In this document: positions 1 through 12,002 of the stretch, piece after piece | Position numbering within the stretch: the first letter of the stretch is position 1 | Layout of the letters: the number at the start of each line of letters is the position of its first letter | NCBI GenBank assembly: GCA_030264375.1 | Contig: JASCQW010000027.1 | Coordinates: 47,081,579-47,145,578 of the forward strand | Reading direction: 5' to 3' | DNA: 64,000 nt | Source: Carcharhinus longimanus | Taxonomy: Eukaryota | Notes under the pieces: model-generated | Database searches by the model: none | The model's input: the letters and a program-made list of their open reading frames with translations, nothing else | What the model was told of the DNA's origin: nothing | Translations under genes and position numbers: made by a program

Positions 1-520
1 CAGCCAGAGAAGGACCCATTTATCCCAACCCTCTGCTTTCTGTCAGTCAACCAATCCTCAATCCAATCTAGTACTCTGTCCCCATCCCCTGTGATCTCAC
101 CTTCTGGATCAGTCTTTTGTGTGGCACCTTGTCAAACGCCTTTTGGAAGTCCAGATTTACCACATCCACAAGTTCCCCTTGCTGGTTATGTCCTTAAAGA
201 ACTCAAGCAAGTTTGTCAAGCATGACTTACCCTTCATAAAACCATGCTGACACTGACCTTTCTCTTTGCAAATGCTCATTCATATCCTCCTTAATAATAG
301 ATTCCGGCAACTTCCCCACCACAGAGGTCAAGCAACTGGCCTATAGTTTCCTACTTTCTGCCCCTCTCCCTTTTTGAATAGGAATGTTACATCAGCGTGT
401 TTCCAATATACCCAGAATCCAAGGAATTTTGAAATATCACAACTGAGGCATCTAATATTTCTGCTGCCACCTCCTTTCAGGCCATCAGGTCTTGGAGACT
501 TATCTGCCTTTAATCCAATT
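1..520 (-). mobile_element. CR1 LINE ORF2 (RT) fragment
   Basis: Minus-strand translation WKHADVTFLFKKGEGQKVGNYRPV and KSPRPDG motifs. Confidence 0.85.
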
Positions 521-894
521 CGTTTATTCAATACATTTATTAAGGAAGTTACATGCATTAATAATTGTACATAGCAAGTACTTCCTGTAACACTTTTCTC
601 ATTGCGCTTTATTAATATGCCTAAGTTGTAAAGCTTATAATTAATTCTTTCACAGGCCAACATTTTTACTTATACTCTTTGTCCCTTGAGGGATAAAGGG
701 CAATTTCTGTAAGTTGATGTTATTTTTACAGAGTGTGGGAGTTGACTGCATGCTCAACCTCCAATCTGGAAGACCAGTTTGTTGCTCTTTCTCAGACCTT
801 TCACCTGAGACCTGTCTGGCTTGGTTAGACATACCAGGAGCAGAAGCCCCTGCTGGCAGAGCTCTCAGGATCCCTGTGGCACACGAGCCCACTG

Positions 895-1220
895 CAAGGG
901 AAGGCCAGCATTTACTGCCGATCCTTAATTACCATAGAACTGAGTGGCTTTCAAGGCCGTTTCACAGGGCAGTTAAGAGTCAACCATATTGCTGTGATCT
1001 GCAGTCATGTGGGCCAGGTAAGGACATTAGAGAACCAGATGGGTCCTTACAACAGTCGACAATGGTTTTGCGGTCGTCGTTAGACTTTTAATTTCTGTTT
1101 TTCATTGAATTCAAATTTTACCATATGCTGGGGTGGGATTCGAACCAGGGACTCCAGAGCATTACCATGGGTCTCTGGATTACTAGCACAGTGACAATTC
1201 CACTGCGCTATCACCTCCCC
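895..1220 (-). mobile_element. Shark tRNA-derived SINE (family B)
   Basis: gccagcatttactgcc...gagtcaaccatattgctgtg...gggattcgaaccaggg; same family at 15150, 17762, 22436, 57672, 59020, 61735 and 63490. Confidence 0.8.
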
Positions 1221-1689
1221 CATCCAACTCATTATTAACATGCGCTAATATAGTCTTAATGTTAAACTGTTGCATGAATTAACTCAAAAAATCTGTTTTT
1301 GGAGAAGTTGGAGATGGAGTGGGGCATGGAGAGAGAGAGAGGCACACACAGACCTTGATTGAAAGGGTAGTATAAGGATTAAAGCATATTACCATATTAG
1401 TACTTGTAATGCAGGACTTCATTTATTGGTTATTTTGAAAGTGTTTAGTCAAGTGGGTTAATGAGGAAACAAAGTATTGAATATAGAATTATGCAGGGAT
1501 ACTAATTCCTTTCACTCAGTTCAAATTATGTAGCAGTATCATGACAGTTCACATCATGGTTTGACACATGGCTTTTCTGAACACCATGACACCTGCCATA
1601 GACAAACACAAGTACGTTAGACAGATTAATCTCATTCCCTGTAAGGATTTTAACCCCTATGCATGATATCACAAGATAATTGCCAATGA

Positions 1690-2530
1690 GGCAGGCCATT
1701 CAGAATTGGCGTGTTTATTCATCTTGAAAGACCCTACTGTTCCCATTGCAGTTTCTAACTGTTTGTTAAATGGCTCCAAGGTTCTTGTCCCACTACTTTG
1801 TTTGGAAGTCCATTCCACGTATTGATCACTCTGATATATAGAAAAACTTCTTGGTTATCAGTCCTAAATTTATCATTTTGCTAGGTTTAATCTGTGATCC
1901 CTTTTCCTTTCAGTTGAATATAATTTGGAGCAGTGTTATGAATTAACCTTTTCCTACCATGAACCACCATGTATACTTGTGTAAGATTTTGCCCGTTTTT
2001 CTCAATGCACACTTTCTTTCCAAACTGAAAATCCCAAATGTCTCCACTCTTTGACCTTTTGCACTCGAAGTCAGCCTTTTTGTTCTTTCTTTCTCAGTCT
2101 TGAAGATTTAAATGATTTTTGATGACTAAACCTGGACACAGTGTTTGAGGTGCTGCAGGATTAGAGGGACAGCAGTAAGGCAATGATTTTCTCTGAGTAG
2201 TTCTGTAGTGTACTCTGCAGTGTTGACTACAATGGTTAGACATATTGAGCACTTTGTTTATTAAGCCTCTCAGATCGCTCTCTACATTGTAAACTGTTTC
2301 AGCACTGTTTGTGGAATACGTGTCACCCATTATTCATTCTTGTGTGCAATATTTCACACTGGTCCACACTAAAGTTCATCTTCCATTTTTCTTCCCACGT
2401 TTATTTTGTTTTGTGAATTTTGAGCTGCCTCATTCAACTTGACCATTCTTATTAATCTACTACCGTCTGATAATTTCACTGCATTGAAATTCTTAGTGCA
2501 AATTGTATAAGTTAGAAAAAGCATTGATCT
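1690..2530 (-). mobile_element. Old degraded CR1-like LINE 3' fragment
   Basis: Weak similarity to the CR1 3' region (aggccattcag, gaaaaacttctt, stop-riddled RT tail). Confidence 0.5.
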
Positions 2531-2548
2531 TAGTATTCTCCCTCCTAC

Positions 2549-2760
2549 TTTGATAGTGTTCCCCGCTCTGATAGTGCTCTCCCCTCCCCCACTCTCATAG
2601 TGCTGTTTCCTATCCCCTCCACTCTGATAGCACTCTCCCCCTCCCCCACTCTGATTGCACTCTCTCCCCCACTCTGATTGCACTCTCTCCCCCACTCTGA
2701 TTGCACTCTCTCCCCCACTCTGATTGCACTCTCTCCCCGACTCTGATTGCACTCTTCCCT
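2549..2760. repeat. 23-bp minisatellite (actctgattgcactctctccccc)
   Basis: Near-perfect units start at 2648, 2671, 2694, 2717 and 2740; degenerate units lie upstream. Confidence 0.95.
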
Positions 2761-2789
2761 CCCCCTCCCCCCTCCTTCACCCTGATACA

Positions 2790-3190
2790 TGGTGCACCGA
2801 CGATGAAGGGAGTGCTGCTTAAGTGGGATGCTTCATTTTGGATTGTGCCAAATTTCTTGAGTGTTGGAGCTATGTTAATCCAGGCAAATGAAGACTATTC
2901 TCTAACGTTCCTGACTTGTAACTGATGGCAAGACTTAGGAAAGCAATAAATGAGTTATAAATTGCAGAATACTTGGCACCTGATCTGCCCAAAGTTGGGC
3001 CACACTATTTTAGTGGTTAGCTCATTGAAGTTTCTGATCAGTGCTCATTCCCAGAATGGTGGAGAATTTGATGATGGTAATGCCATTGAATGTTATGGGG
3101 AGCTGCTTGGATGCTCTCATGTTGGATCTGGTTACTGCCTGGTACTTGTGTGGAATGGATGTTACTTGCAACTTATCAGCTCAAGCGTTA
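2790..3190 (-). mobile_element. Non-LTR retrotransposon RT C-terminal fragment
   Basis: Reverse-complement similarity to the 4700-5225 element (ttcaatggcatt... segment). Confidence 0.6.
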
Positions 3191-3820
3191 TGTAATGTAG
3201 GTTTTGCTGTATCCTTCATGGACGGCCGTCCCTCTCCATGATCCTCCAGTTTTCTGCCTCCCTGCTGCTTCTCTCTCTGACACTCCTGCTTGACACCTTG
3301 CTCCCTGACCTCCCTGCTCACTGCCTCTGTCCCCGATCCTCCTGTTTGCTCCCTCTCTCTTGGACTGCCATGCTGCCTTTGCACCTGACCGCCCTGCTTG
3401 CCACTTATCTCCCCAACACCATTGCTTGCTGCCTCTCTAATGATCCTAACATTTGCTGCCTCCCTCCGACTCTCCAGTGTGCCAGCTTCCTGCCATTTGA
3501 TGCTTCCCACTGTTCCTGACCCTCTTACTCATAGAGCCGTATCATGCTCTTGCCGACTTGTTCCCTCTTTTATCCATCTACCGAGCTCTTTTCCAAAGTG
3601 CGGATTTGGAAGAGGGAAGCAGCAAACACGTGGATTGGTAGGGAGGTGATGAGTTGGAGACACAGTGAGTCAATACAGAGGCATCATGCTGGAAACAGGA
3701 AGTGGTGAGCAGGAAGTAAGGTGAAATATTTGTTGAGTTTGGAGTTAGTAGATTAACAGTTAGGATGCTATTAAGAGTTAGCAAGATGATTTTTGGGACA
3801 GGTAATACCATTGATCCGTA

Positions 3821-4440
3821 AGAACATAAGACATAGAAGCAGAATTGGGCCATTGGGCCCATTGAGTCTGCTCTGCCATTCAATCATGGCTGATATTTTT
3901 CTCATCCCCATTCTCCTGCCTTTTCCCCATAACCCCTGATCCCCTTATTAATCAAGAACCTATCTATCTCTGTCTTAAAGACACTCAATGACCCGGCCTC
4001 CACAGCCTTCTGTGGCAAAGAGTTCCATAGATTCACTACTCTCTGGCTGAAGAAATTCCTCCTCATCTCAGTTTTAAAGGATTGTCCCTTTAGCATGAGG
4101 TTGTGCCCTCTGGTTCCAGTTTTTCCTATTAGTGGAAACATCCTCTCCATGTCCACTTTAGCCAGGCCTCACAGTATCCTGTAAATTTCAATAAGTTCCC
4201 CCCCCCATTCCTTCTAAACTCCAACAAGTACAGACCCAAAGCTCTCAACCGTTCCTCATACCACAAGCTCTTTATTCTAATGAGCATTCCTGTGAACCCC
4301 CTCTGGACCCTTTCCAAGGCCAGCACATCCTTCTTTAGATATGGGGCCCAAAACTGCTTGCAATACTCCAAATGGGGTCTGACCAGAGCCTTATACAGCC
4401 TTGGAAATATATCCCTGCTCTTGTATTCTAGCCCTCTCGA
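3821..4440 (-). mobile_element. 5'-truncated CR1 LINE
   Basis: EYCKQFWAPYLKKDVLALERVQR and TRGHNL...RRNFFSQRVVNLWNSLP; aagaacat tail; ccgta on both flanks (3816-3820 and 4441-4445) is a possible TSD. Confidence 0.92.
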
Positions 4441-4699
4441 CCGTATTATTTTCCAGTTATAATGAGGATAATGGAATCCAAAAAAACAAATAGTCGGAAA
4501 TATTGATCAGGATCTGAAAAAGTATGTTAGCGAGTTTCCTTCCCAGAACTTTATTCTATTTCTCTCCTTCAGGATTCTGGCCTATATTATACTTTCAGCA
4601 TATTGTGTCCATTTCCCATGACCTTTCAGTAAAGAAACCATTACCCTCCATTTATAACAATATTTTCTAACTTCACAGAAACCATATAATATTTTGAAG

Positions 4700-5225
4700 T
4701 AATTCCATGCAATAACCAGCTCCAAGAAGAGAGAATCTAAACAACTCCATGCATTCAATGGCATTGCCATTTCTGAATCCCTCCCCTCTCAACAACCCGG
4801 GGCAGAGGGTACAGTCTCACAATTGGACCAGAAACTGAACTGGACCAGTCATATAAATACTGTGGCTACAAGAACAGCAGATAAGAGGCTGAGAATTCTG
4901 TGATAAGTAACTCACACTGCAAAGCCTGTCCGCATCTACAAGGCACAAAAGTGTGATGGAATGATCTTCACTTGCCTGGGTGGGTACAATTTCAACAGCC
5001 ATGAATGAAGCTCAACACCATGTAGAACAAAGCAACCCGTTTGATTGGCACCCTACTCCATCACCGACACAATGGCAGCAGTGTGCATCATCTACAAGAT
5101 GCACTACAGCAACACACCAAGGCTCCTTTGACAACATTTTCCAAACCCACAACTTATGTCAAATAGATGCACGTGGGCAGCAGGCGATTGAGAACATCAC
5201 CACCTGAAGGTTCCCCCCTAAGTCA
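4700..5225 (+). mobile_element. Non-LTR retrotransposon RT C-terminal fragment
   Basis: Degenerate DQKLNWTSHINTVATR...IYKAQ-type translation. Confidence 0.7.
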
Positions 5226-5679
5226 CACACATAGAACACAGAACATAGAACATTACAGCGCAGAACAAGCCCTTCGGCNNNNNNNNNNNNNNNNNNNNNN
5301 NNNNNNNNNNNNNNNNNNNNNNNNNNNNNNNNNNNNNNNNNNNNNNNNNNNNNNNNNNNNNNNNNNNNNNNNNNNNNNAGATCCAGTTATTCTGCTGCAG
5401 CTGATTTTGTAGGATTCTTAATGAAAGTTTGATACCAAACACATTCGAACACATTATAAACAGAAAGGCATTTGTATGAAGTTTGTGAAACCTATGGTTC
5501 TTAACCAGATCTCCAAATAATAATGCCAAAGTTCTTACAATGGTATTTCACCACTTTAAACTGTGCGACTTCCAAATGTCAAAGGACATCTTCCCAGTTC
5601 ACCTTTGTGAGAGACAGTTTATATTTAAAAATGGTGTTATTTCACAATTCATAGATATTTAACTGAAACCATAATAAGC

Positions 5680-5910
5680 AAAAACAGAAAATGCTGGAAA
5701 ATCTCAGCAGGTCTGACAGCATCTGTGGAGAATGAATATACCCAATGTTTCGAATCTGGATGACCCTTCATCAGAGCTCTAGCGAAAGGTCATCCAGACA
5801 CGAAACATTGGCTACATTCTGTCCTTGCAGATGCTGTCAGACCTGCTGAGATTTTCCAGCATTTTTTGTTTTTATTCCAGATTCCAGCATCCACAGTATT
5901 TTGCTTTTTT
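5680..5910. mobile_element. Palindromic Penelope-terminus element with hammerhead cores
   Basis: Inverted arms of about 95 bp centred on agag|ctct (5773-5780); minus strand reads CTGATGA-A-GGGTC-ATCCA-GATTC-GAAAC. Confidence 0.8.
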
Positions 5911-6952
5911 GAAACTGTAATAAATGCCAGTACTTCCCAAAAGCTGTGTTTGTGCAGTCACTCACCTTCCTGGGATTCCATTCTCTCTTCACCACCACGC
6001 ACTCGCCCCCGGTTCTCAGATCTAGTTTCCCCTTCATAATTCACTTAGTTTACAGGGACACTGTGGACTGGATTTTGGTGGAGTCAGGAAGAATCTGCAG
6101 ACCTTTAAAAAATGGCAGTCCGTTGACCTTGGACGATATTTTATGGTTTTGGGATAAGCGAGGTAGAAAATTCTGCCCAGTGAGTTCAAATGCATTCATA
6201 GTAAATTTGAAACTGAGTTTAGTAAATCTTGTAGTTTGCGGATTTGCCCATTCTTGCTTCATCTTCCATACCCGTGGTTACACTTTCCCAAAAGTATATT
6301 TTTTTTGTTTCCATTGTCAGTGCACTTTGCACATTGCCTTGATATTAGTGCAGATAGCAAAACTCATTCTGTGCCTAAATGAAAAAAAGTTATAAGCAAT
6401 GTTGCTTGATAGCACTGTCATTTATACCTTCTGTTGGTGACTGAGAATAGATTGATGGGGTTGTCATCAGCTGGATTGGACTTTGTCCTGCTTTTTGTTG
6501 ACAGGAAGGCTTCCACTTTGTTTGCCCAGTTTTGTAGATGTCCTGAAGCAATTTGTCTAGAGTCAGGGTTTGGAGAATTGCAGTTGCGATGTTTCTGGGG
6601 CCCATAGATGTTGTGGAATACTGTGTGCTTAGCTGTTTCTTGTAATCAAGTGGAATGAATAGAATAGGCTGAAGCCTGGCATCTTTTATCCACTAGCCTT
6701 CATCCTTGGTGTTGTAGTCTTTAATATCGAACTACTCAATTCCCTTCCTACTCAGCAAAACCTTGTATCCAGTTCTTGTGAAGTGACAGTTTCAATTCCT
6801 CGCTTGCTTGCACGCTTGCTGCACGAGTGCTCTCTTAGGTATGTGAACCTGTCTTTGTTACTAACAATAAGTGAGCTGAACTACTTTAAACAGTATTCCT
6901 TCCATTGTAACTCCTTTGCTGAAATGCAGTTGAGATATCTGGATTGTTTCAG

Positions 6953-7024
6953 AGGCGTATAGCTCAGTGGTAGAACATTTGACTGCAGATCAAGAAGTCT
7001 TGTTTCCTGATCCAAAAGCCTCCT
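6953..7024 (+). pseudogene. tRNA-Cys(GCA) pseudogene
   Basis: TATAGCTCAGTGGTAGAACATTTGACTGCAGATCAAG matches the vertebrate tRNA-Cys D and anticodon arms; T-arm/B-box and acceptor stem are degenerate. Confidence 0.85.
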
Positions 7025-7035
7025 TCCTTGTTTAT

Positions 7036-7352
7036 GGGTGGCACAGTGGTTAGCATTGCTGCCTCACAGCGTCAGAGACCCAAGTTCAATTCCCGGCTTG
7101 GGTTGCTGTCTGTGTGGAGCCTGCACGTTCTCCCTGTGTCTGTGTGGGTTCCCTCCAGGTGCTCTGGTTTCCTTCTACATCCCAAAGATGTGCGGTTTAG
7201 GTGGATTATCCATGCTAAATTGCCGCTTAGTATCAGTGGACTAGCTAGGGTAAATGCATGTGGTTACTGGGCTGGGGCCTGGGTGGATTGTGGTCGGTGC
7301 AGACTCGATGGGCCGAATGGCCTCCTTCTTCAGTATACGATTTTATGATTCC
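7036..7352 (+). mobile_element. HE1-like (V-SINE) SINE with CR1-type tail
   Basis: tRNA-like head ggtggcacagtggttagc...gttcaattcc; V-domain-like body; gactcgatgggccgaatggcctcc tail. Confidence 0.88.
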
Positions 7353-7692
7353 ATGAGGAAAAGTTACCTGAACCATATAAAATTAGCCAGGAATGTGTTC
7401 CAGAGGCAAATCTCAGGATTAAGTTGGTTGTGATAAACTTCATTACTCCTTTAATTTAGGTAACTGTGTTGCTCTTTACACCACAGACTCGATCTGTAAG
7501 GAAGACTCTTCGGTTATTTTGTAAGTTGATACATTTGTCCAGTGAGTCATCAGCTAACTAATATCGTATTAATTTCATACAGGAGATGAATTTCATTATT
7601 TTTATTCGATTGATGAGTAGCCTGGTTTTGCATTCTGCAATTACTATGTTGGAAGTCAGTTGACGATGAATAATTCTCTTTGTATATTACAG

Positions 7693-7872
7693 AATTTCTG
7701 GAGCTGCTGCAACAGTCTCCTCAGAAATCTGCTGCAAGAGGCTGCTGGTATGGAAGGAGTCCGTCTTTGTGATGCCACTCATTGTAAGGATCCCCAGGGT
7801 TTTGTTTGGTGGCTGGTGACTCACCTTGCAATGCTTTATGTGTTCGATCGGAATGGAATTACGCAGGAGAAG
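7693..7872 (+). CDS. MMS22L: MMS22-like DNA repair protein, internal coding exon (phase 0-0)
   Basis: ttacag|AAT...AAG|gtatag; 180 nt; NFWSCCNSLLRNLL...KDPQGFVWWLVTHLAMLYVFDRNGITQEK resembles recalled human SFWNWLNKLLKTLL...RDPLGFSWWIITHVASFYKFDRHG. Confidence 0.93.
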
Positions 7873-8189
7873 GTATAGATTCTTGATATGCAAATTTGGT
7901 GTACTTATTTTTAGATTTGATTAAGTCTTTTCCTTGAACTGTTGTAACTACCTCTGCTAAAGTGGTCAGCTAAGTGAAGGTCAACACAGAATATTCTTAT
8001 TCTGGCTGCTTTGGATATAAAATAATGAGGCTCTGTTTTGGAGGGAAGCTACAGTGTTCTTGATCTTGGCAAATCTCATTTACTGCAAAGAGTTGTTGTG
8101 GAGAGTTGAATATTGAAAGTAGATTCGTTACGGAACAAGGAGAGGAAGGGGCAAGAGCAGAATTGCAGGAAACAGGGCAGAAGGCAAGG

Positions 8190-9740
8190 ACCAACTATTG
8201 GACATCTCCTCCTGTCTTCCCTGAACCTTGACCCCACAACTAGAGATCAAATTATCATTTTCCAGACTGTCATTGACCTACTTTCCCCTGGGGATCTACC
8301 TACCACCGCTTCCAAACTCAACCTCCTAATCTTGTCCAACTCGCTTCTGGCAGCTTTCCAGAATCCAGAATGACAGAACTGCCCTGATAGGACCATTCAT
8401 CTTATTTCTTCCTGAATGAAGTATTTTAGTTTTCTCTTGTTCGGTCTCTTCCCAACTGCATTTAGCCATGCTCCTGATGCCATTTGTCCACTTTGACCCT
8501 TTCCTGCTTCCTGACCCTAATTGTATGCATCAAATTTACTTCCAATTTTCACTCCTCCTTCATCTTCACATGTCATACCTCAGACTTTTGTTTTCCTCTT
8601 CTTAACTCCAGTGTCTGCATTTCTGGGGATAGATTGCCAATCAGTGATTACTATAACCTTCTGACTCCCTTAGCTACCTTGATTGCAATTCCTCCCACCC
8701 TGCTTCCAGTAAGGACTCTATTCTATTCTTACAATTCCTCAGTCTTTATGGCATCTGACAAAACATCATTCCTCACCAAGCCTTTTAATGTGTCTTTGCT
8801 TTCTCCTCAACCCCTCCACAATGATTAGCCAATCCGTTGCCCGTCGTTAACCCATTTCATGCACTCCTACTGTCACCTCCCCTTGTCTTCACCTTCTACT
8901 TCACCAGGCTCAACATTCAAGAAAGCATCCTTCACTGCTTCCCCCCAGCAATGCCAAACACATCTTCCCCACCCTTTCGTAATGCAGAGGCAGGGGGCGA
9001 TTTCCTCCGCAACCCCCTGTCCATCACCTTAACCTGGCCACTTTCCCACAGTACCTACCATGCTAGCGCACCTCTCCTGTCACCTCCTCATTATTCAGGA
9101 CCCCAAACACTCCTTCCAGGAGAACCAGTGATTTACTTTATTCTTTCAGTTTATTCTGTATGTGTTGCTGACAACGTGCTCTGCCCCACACTGGGTAGAT
9201 TAATGGCAGACAATGTGATCATTCTAAGGAACATAAAAGTGTGATCCTGAGTGTGTGATCTCAAGTGTGACCCTGAGTTTCAGGCCATTTTAATTTACTG
9301 GCCCGTTTCCATTTTGACTTTGCTGATCTTGACCCTATACCGTTGCAGCTCAATGGAAGCTCAAGAAACAGCACCATATCTTTTAATTTGGGACCTGCCA
9401 GCCTTTCAGACGCAATGTTGAGTTGAAAACCTTGGACCACAATCGCTGCTTTTTTTTGGTGCAGGTCATGATTCTGCTGTTGCTATTTACTGTCCCTTGA
9501 GACACCCTGTTGCACTGCCATCCCCTTTTGCATTTCACCATCATCTCTTTGCCATTTAATTGCCAGTATTGCCTTCCCACCCTATCACATGCCTTCTCTT
9601 TCCTTCCTTCCCAAAATTTTTCTCTGCATCTGTGCATGCTTCAATCCAGGTACATCTCCACCTTTTTTCCAGTTTTGATGTTTTTCTCTTCACAGATGTT
9701 GCCTGACTTCTGAGTATTTCCAGCATTTACTGTTTCTTTA
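8190..9740 (+). mobile_element. Degraded Penelope-like element
   Basis: Pyrimidine-rich decayed RT/GIY-YIG-like region ending in the cagatgttgcctgacttctgagtatttccagcatt terminus shared with the 5680 and 62991 elements. Confidence 0.65.
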
Positions 9741-9807
9741 AAAAAAATGCTAAAACAGAATCAGGTTATGTTGTATGCATATTATGTTTCAGTTATGTAA
9801 AACATTG

Positions 9808-10236
9808 TGTTATCGGACAACAAATTTTCTGAAATTGGGTACACAATATGGAAGCAGACTAAAGCTGCACTCAGAACCTCCCCANNNNNNNNNNNNNNNN
9901 NNNNNNNNNNNNNNNNNNNNNNNNNNNNNNNNNNNNNNNNNNNNNNNNNNNNNNNNNNNNNNNNNNNNNNNNNNNNNNNNNNNNAAAAACATCATTATGA
10001 TACTTGAAAACATTGAAACAGAATGGTCAGAATCACAAAACATTAACATCTGAATCATACAATGTATCAAAGTTCGGGTATAACTGTAGCCCATTGCGGC
10101 GGGCCTTTAGAGTGCTTTCGGGACAGTTCTGTTTGTATGTTCTGACTGCATCTCCGTCGACGTTAAAATAAAGCTGTACCGCTGTTGAACCTGACTCTGA
10201 GTCCATAGTGGTCGTGTCCGCCCACTCGCACTAACA
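9808..10236 (+). mobile_element. LTR (solo or gap-collapsed LTR retrotransposon) inserted in a CR1
   Basis: TGTTA...TAACA ends; flanks cattg/cagtg (5-bp TSD, 1 mismatch); AATAAA near 10167; internal 100-N gap. Confidence 0.72.
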
Positions 10237-10775
10237 CAGTGGTCAGGCCACATTCGGAATACTGTGTCCAATTCTGGTCACCACACGACCAGAAGGTCAT
10301 GGAGGCTTTGGAGGGAGTACAGAAAAGGTTTACCAGAGTGTTGCCTGGTATGGAGGGTATTAAATATGAGGAGAGATTGAATAAACTGGGGCTGTTATCC
10401 CTGGAAGTATGGAGGCTGAGGAGTGACCTGATAGAAGTTTATGAAATTATGAGGGGCATAGATAAGGTGAACAGTTGGAAGCTTTCTCCCAGGGCAGAAA
10501 TGACAACTACAAGTGGCACAAATTCAAGATAAGGGGGGAAAGGTTCAGTAGAGATGTACTGGGGAAACTTTTTACAGAGATTGTGGTGGGGGCCTGGGAT
10601 GCACTGCCAGGTGAAGTGGTTGAGGCAGACATGTTTGCGACATTTAAGACATACCTGGATAGACACATGAACAGACAGGGAATAGAGGGATATAAGTGGT
10701 TGGTTTAGATAGGACAGCATAATCGGCGCAGGCTTGGTGGGCCGAAAGGCCTGTTTCTGTGCTGCACTGTTCTAT
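10237..10775 (+). mobile_element. CR1 LINE 3' end
   Basis: VRPHSEYCVQFWSPH...LEGVQKRFTRVLPG; tail gggccgaaaggcctgtttctgtgctg. Confidence 0.92.
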
Positions 10776-12002
10776 ATTGTTACTATATCAGTGGTTATGG
10801 AGGCTGTTAGGAGAAAGTACAATATTTTTCATTGATGAAAGACAACTGTAAACTCTTATTAATTCTTTCAAGGAATGTGAGCATTGCTGCCTAGGCCAGT
10901 AATTGTCTCTGATCCTTAACTGCCCTTGAGAAAGTGGTAGTGAGCTGCTTTCTTGAACTGCCGCAGTCCTTGTGTTATAAACACACCCACAGCTGTTTGA
11001 GAGGCATTTTCAGGAATTTAACCCTGCTCCAGTGAAGAAATGGCGATATAGTTGCAAATCAGGATGATGTTTGTCTTGGAGGGAACTTGGAAGTGGTGGT
11101 GTTCTAATGTATCTACTGCCTTTGTCCTTCCAGCTGTTTTTCAGCGTGAGACACTATTGGTGATTTAGAATAAGACTAATTTTATGTTGTATCTGTATTT
11201 TTGTTCCTCATTTGTTTTTCTGGGAGGAATATTGCATCTCAAGCAGTGAAACCCTGTGACTGTCACCATGGTCCTCTTCACTTTTCCTACAGTCCACTTG
11301 TAAAGCAAATTAGTAGTTTTGTGAAGTCTTTGTTTACTGATGGCAGTATTTTCGGTTTATAGGCAGAACAGATTATTAGTTTTCCGTTGCCTGTTCAGCG
11401 GCATTCAAGCACTCCCTCAAATGCAAATTTGCTTCTACCCAGGCCCTCATACAATTGCATGTAATATTCATGCCTGTGGTATAAATTTTTGTATCTGACA
11501 GACCTTTACAGGAGATCCTTGTGTTTTGATTGAAACTTGTTGTGTAGTGGCATATGTTACTCTGAGATTCTGTCACAATATTGAAAATGTCGGTAACATC
11601 ACATTTATGCAATACAGCAGATTCAGATCAAATTTTGCTAATGTGTGCAAATGCCTTGTGGTGCATAAGAAGTATTTTATCCATTTGTTCCTGTCAAATG
11701 AACATAACAAAGAGAACGTATGATGGTATTGTATTCCCAAGAGAGTAAGATGTATTCCATGGTTGAAAGTAGATTTGTTCAAATGATGAATTTCCCAATC
11801 TCCAGTATAGTACCTGAGTTGAAGACGGACATTTCCTCAAGAGGGAATCCCACCCTGCCCCCTTCCACACCAAATAAAATGAACAGTTGAGGAAATCCTG
11901 GATATCTGGAAGGGTTTGGTTGGAATGTATCAGTGTTGAGTTGGCAAGCGCATAAACTGAAGTCTGCAAAAAATTGAGACAATTAATCTAAAAAAAACAA
12001 GT

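Noticed and set aside
2549-2760. CRISPR-like array
   Set aside because: Repeats are head-to-tail with no unique spacers, and the context is eukaryotic.
2369-2790. Repetitive ORFs (QSESGRECNQSGGESAIRVGE)
   Set aside because: Translation of the 23-bp minisatellite.
3181-3580. Leu/Pro-rich and Glu/Arg/Gly-rich ORFs
   Set aside because: Low-complexity pyrimidine-rich sequence with no splice or homology support.
5960-6180. Minus-strand exon-like MKGKLDLRTGGE...RK|gtgagt (nested antisense gene)
   Set aside because: No recognisable protein; the putative downstream exon has stops in all frames; the region ends in a MITE-like terminus (agaaaattctgccc).
7036-7110. SINE heads as functional tRNA genes
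   Set aside because: They have only A/B boxes, no full cloverleaf, and continue into the SINE body.
1-7692. Preceding MMS22L exon (CIKELW-like motif)
   Set aside because: Not found by eye; probably upstream of the window or inside the gap at 5279-5378.
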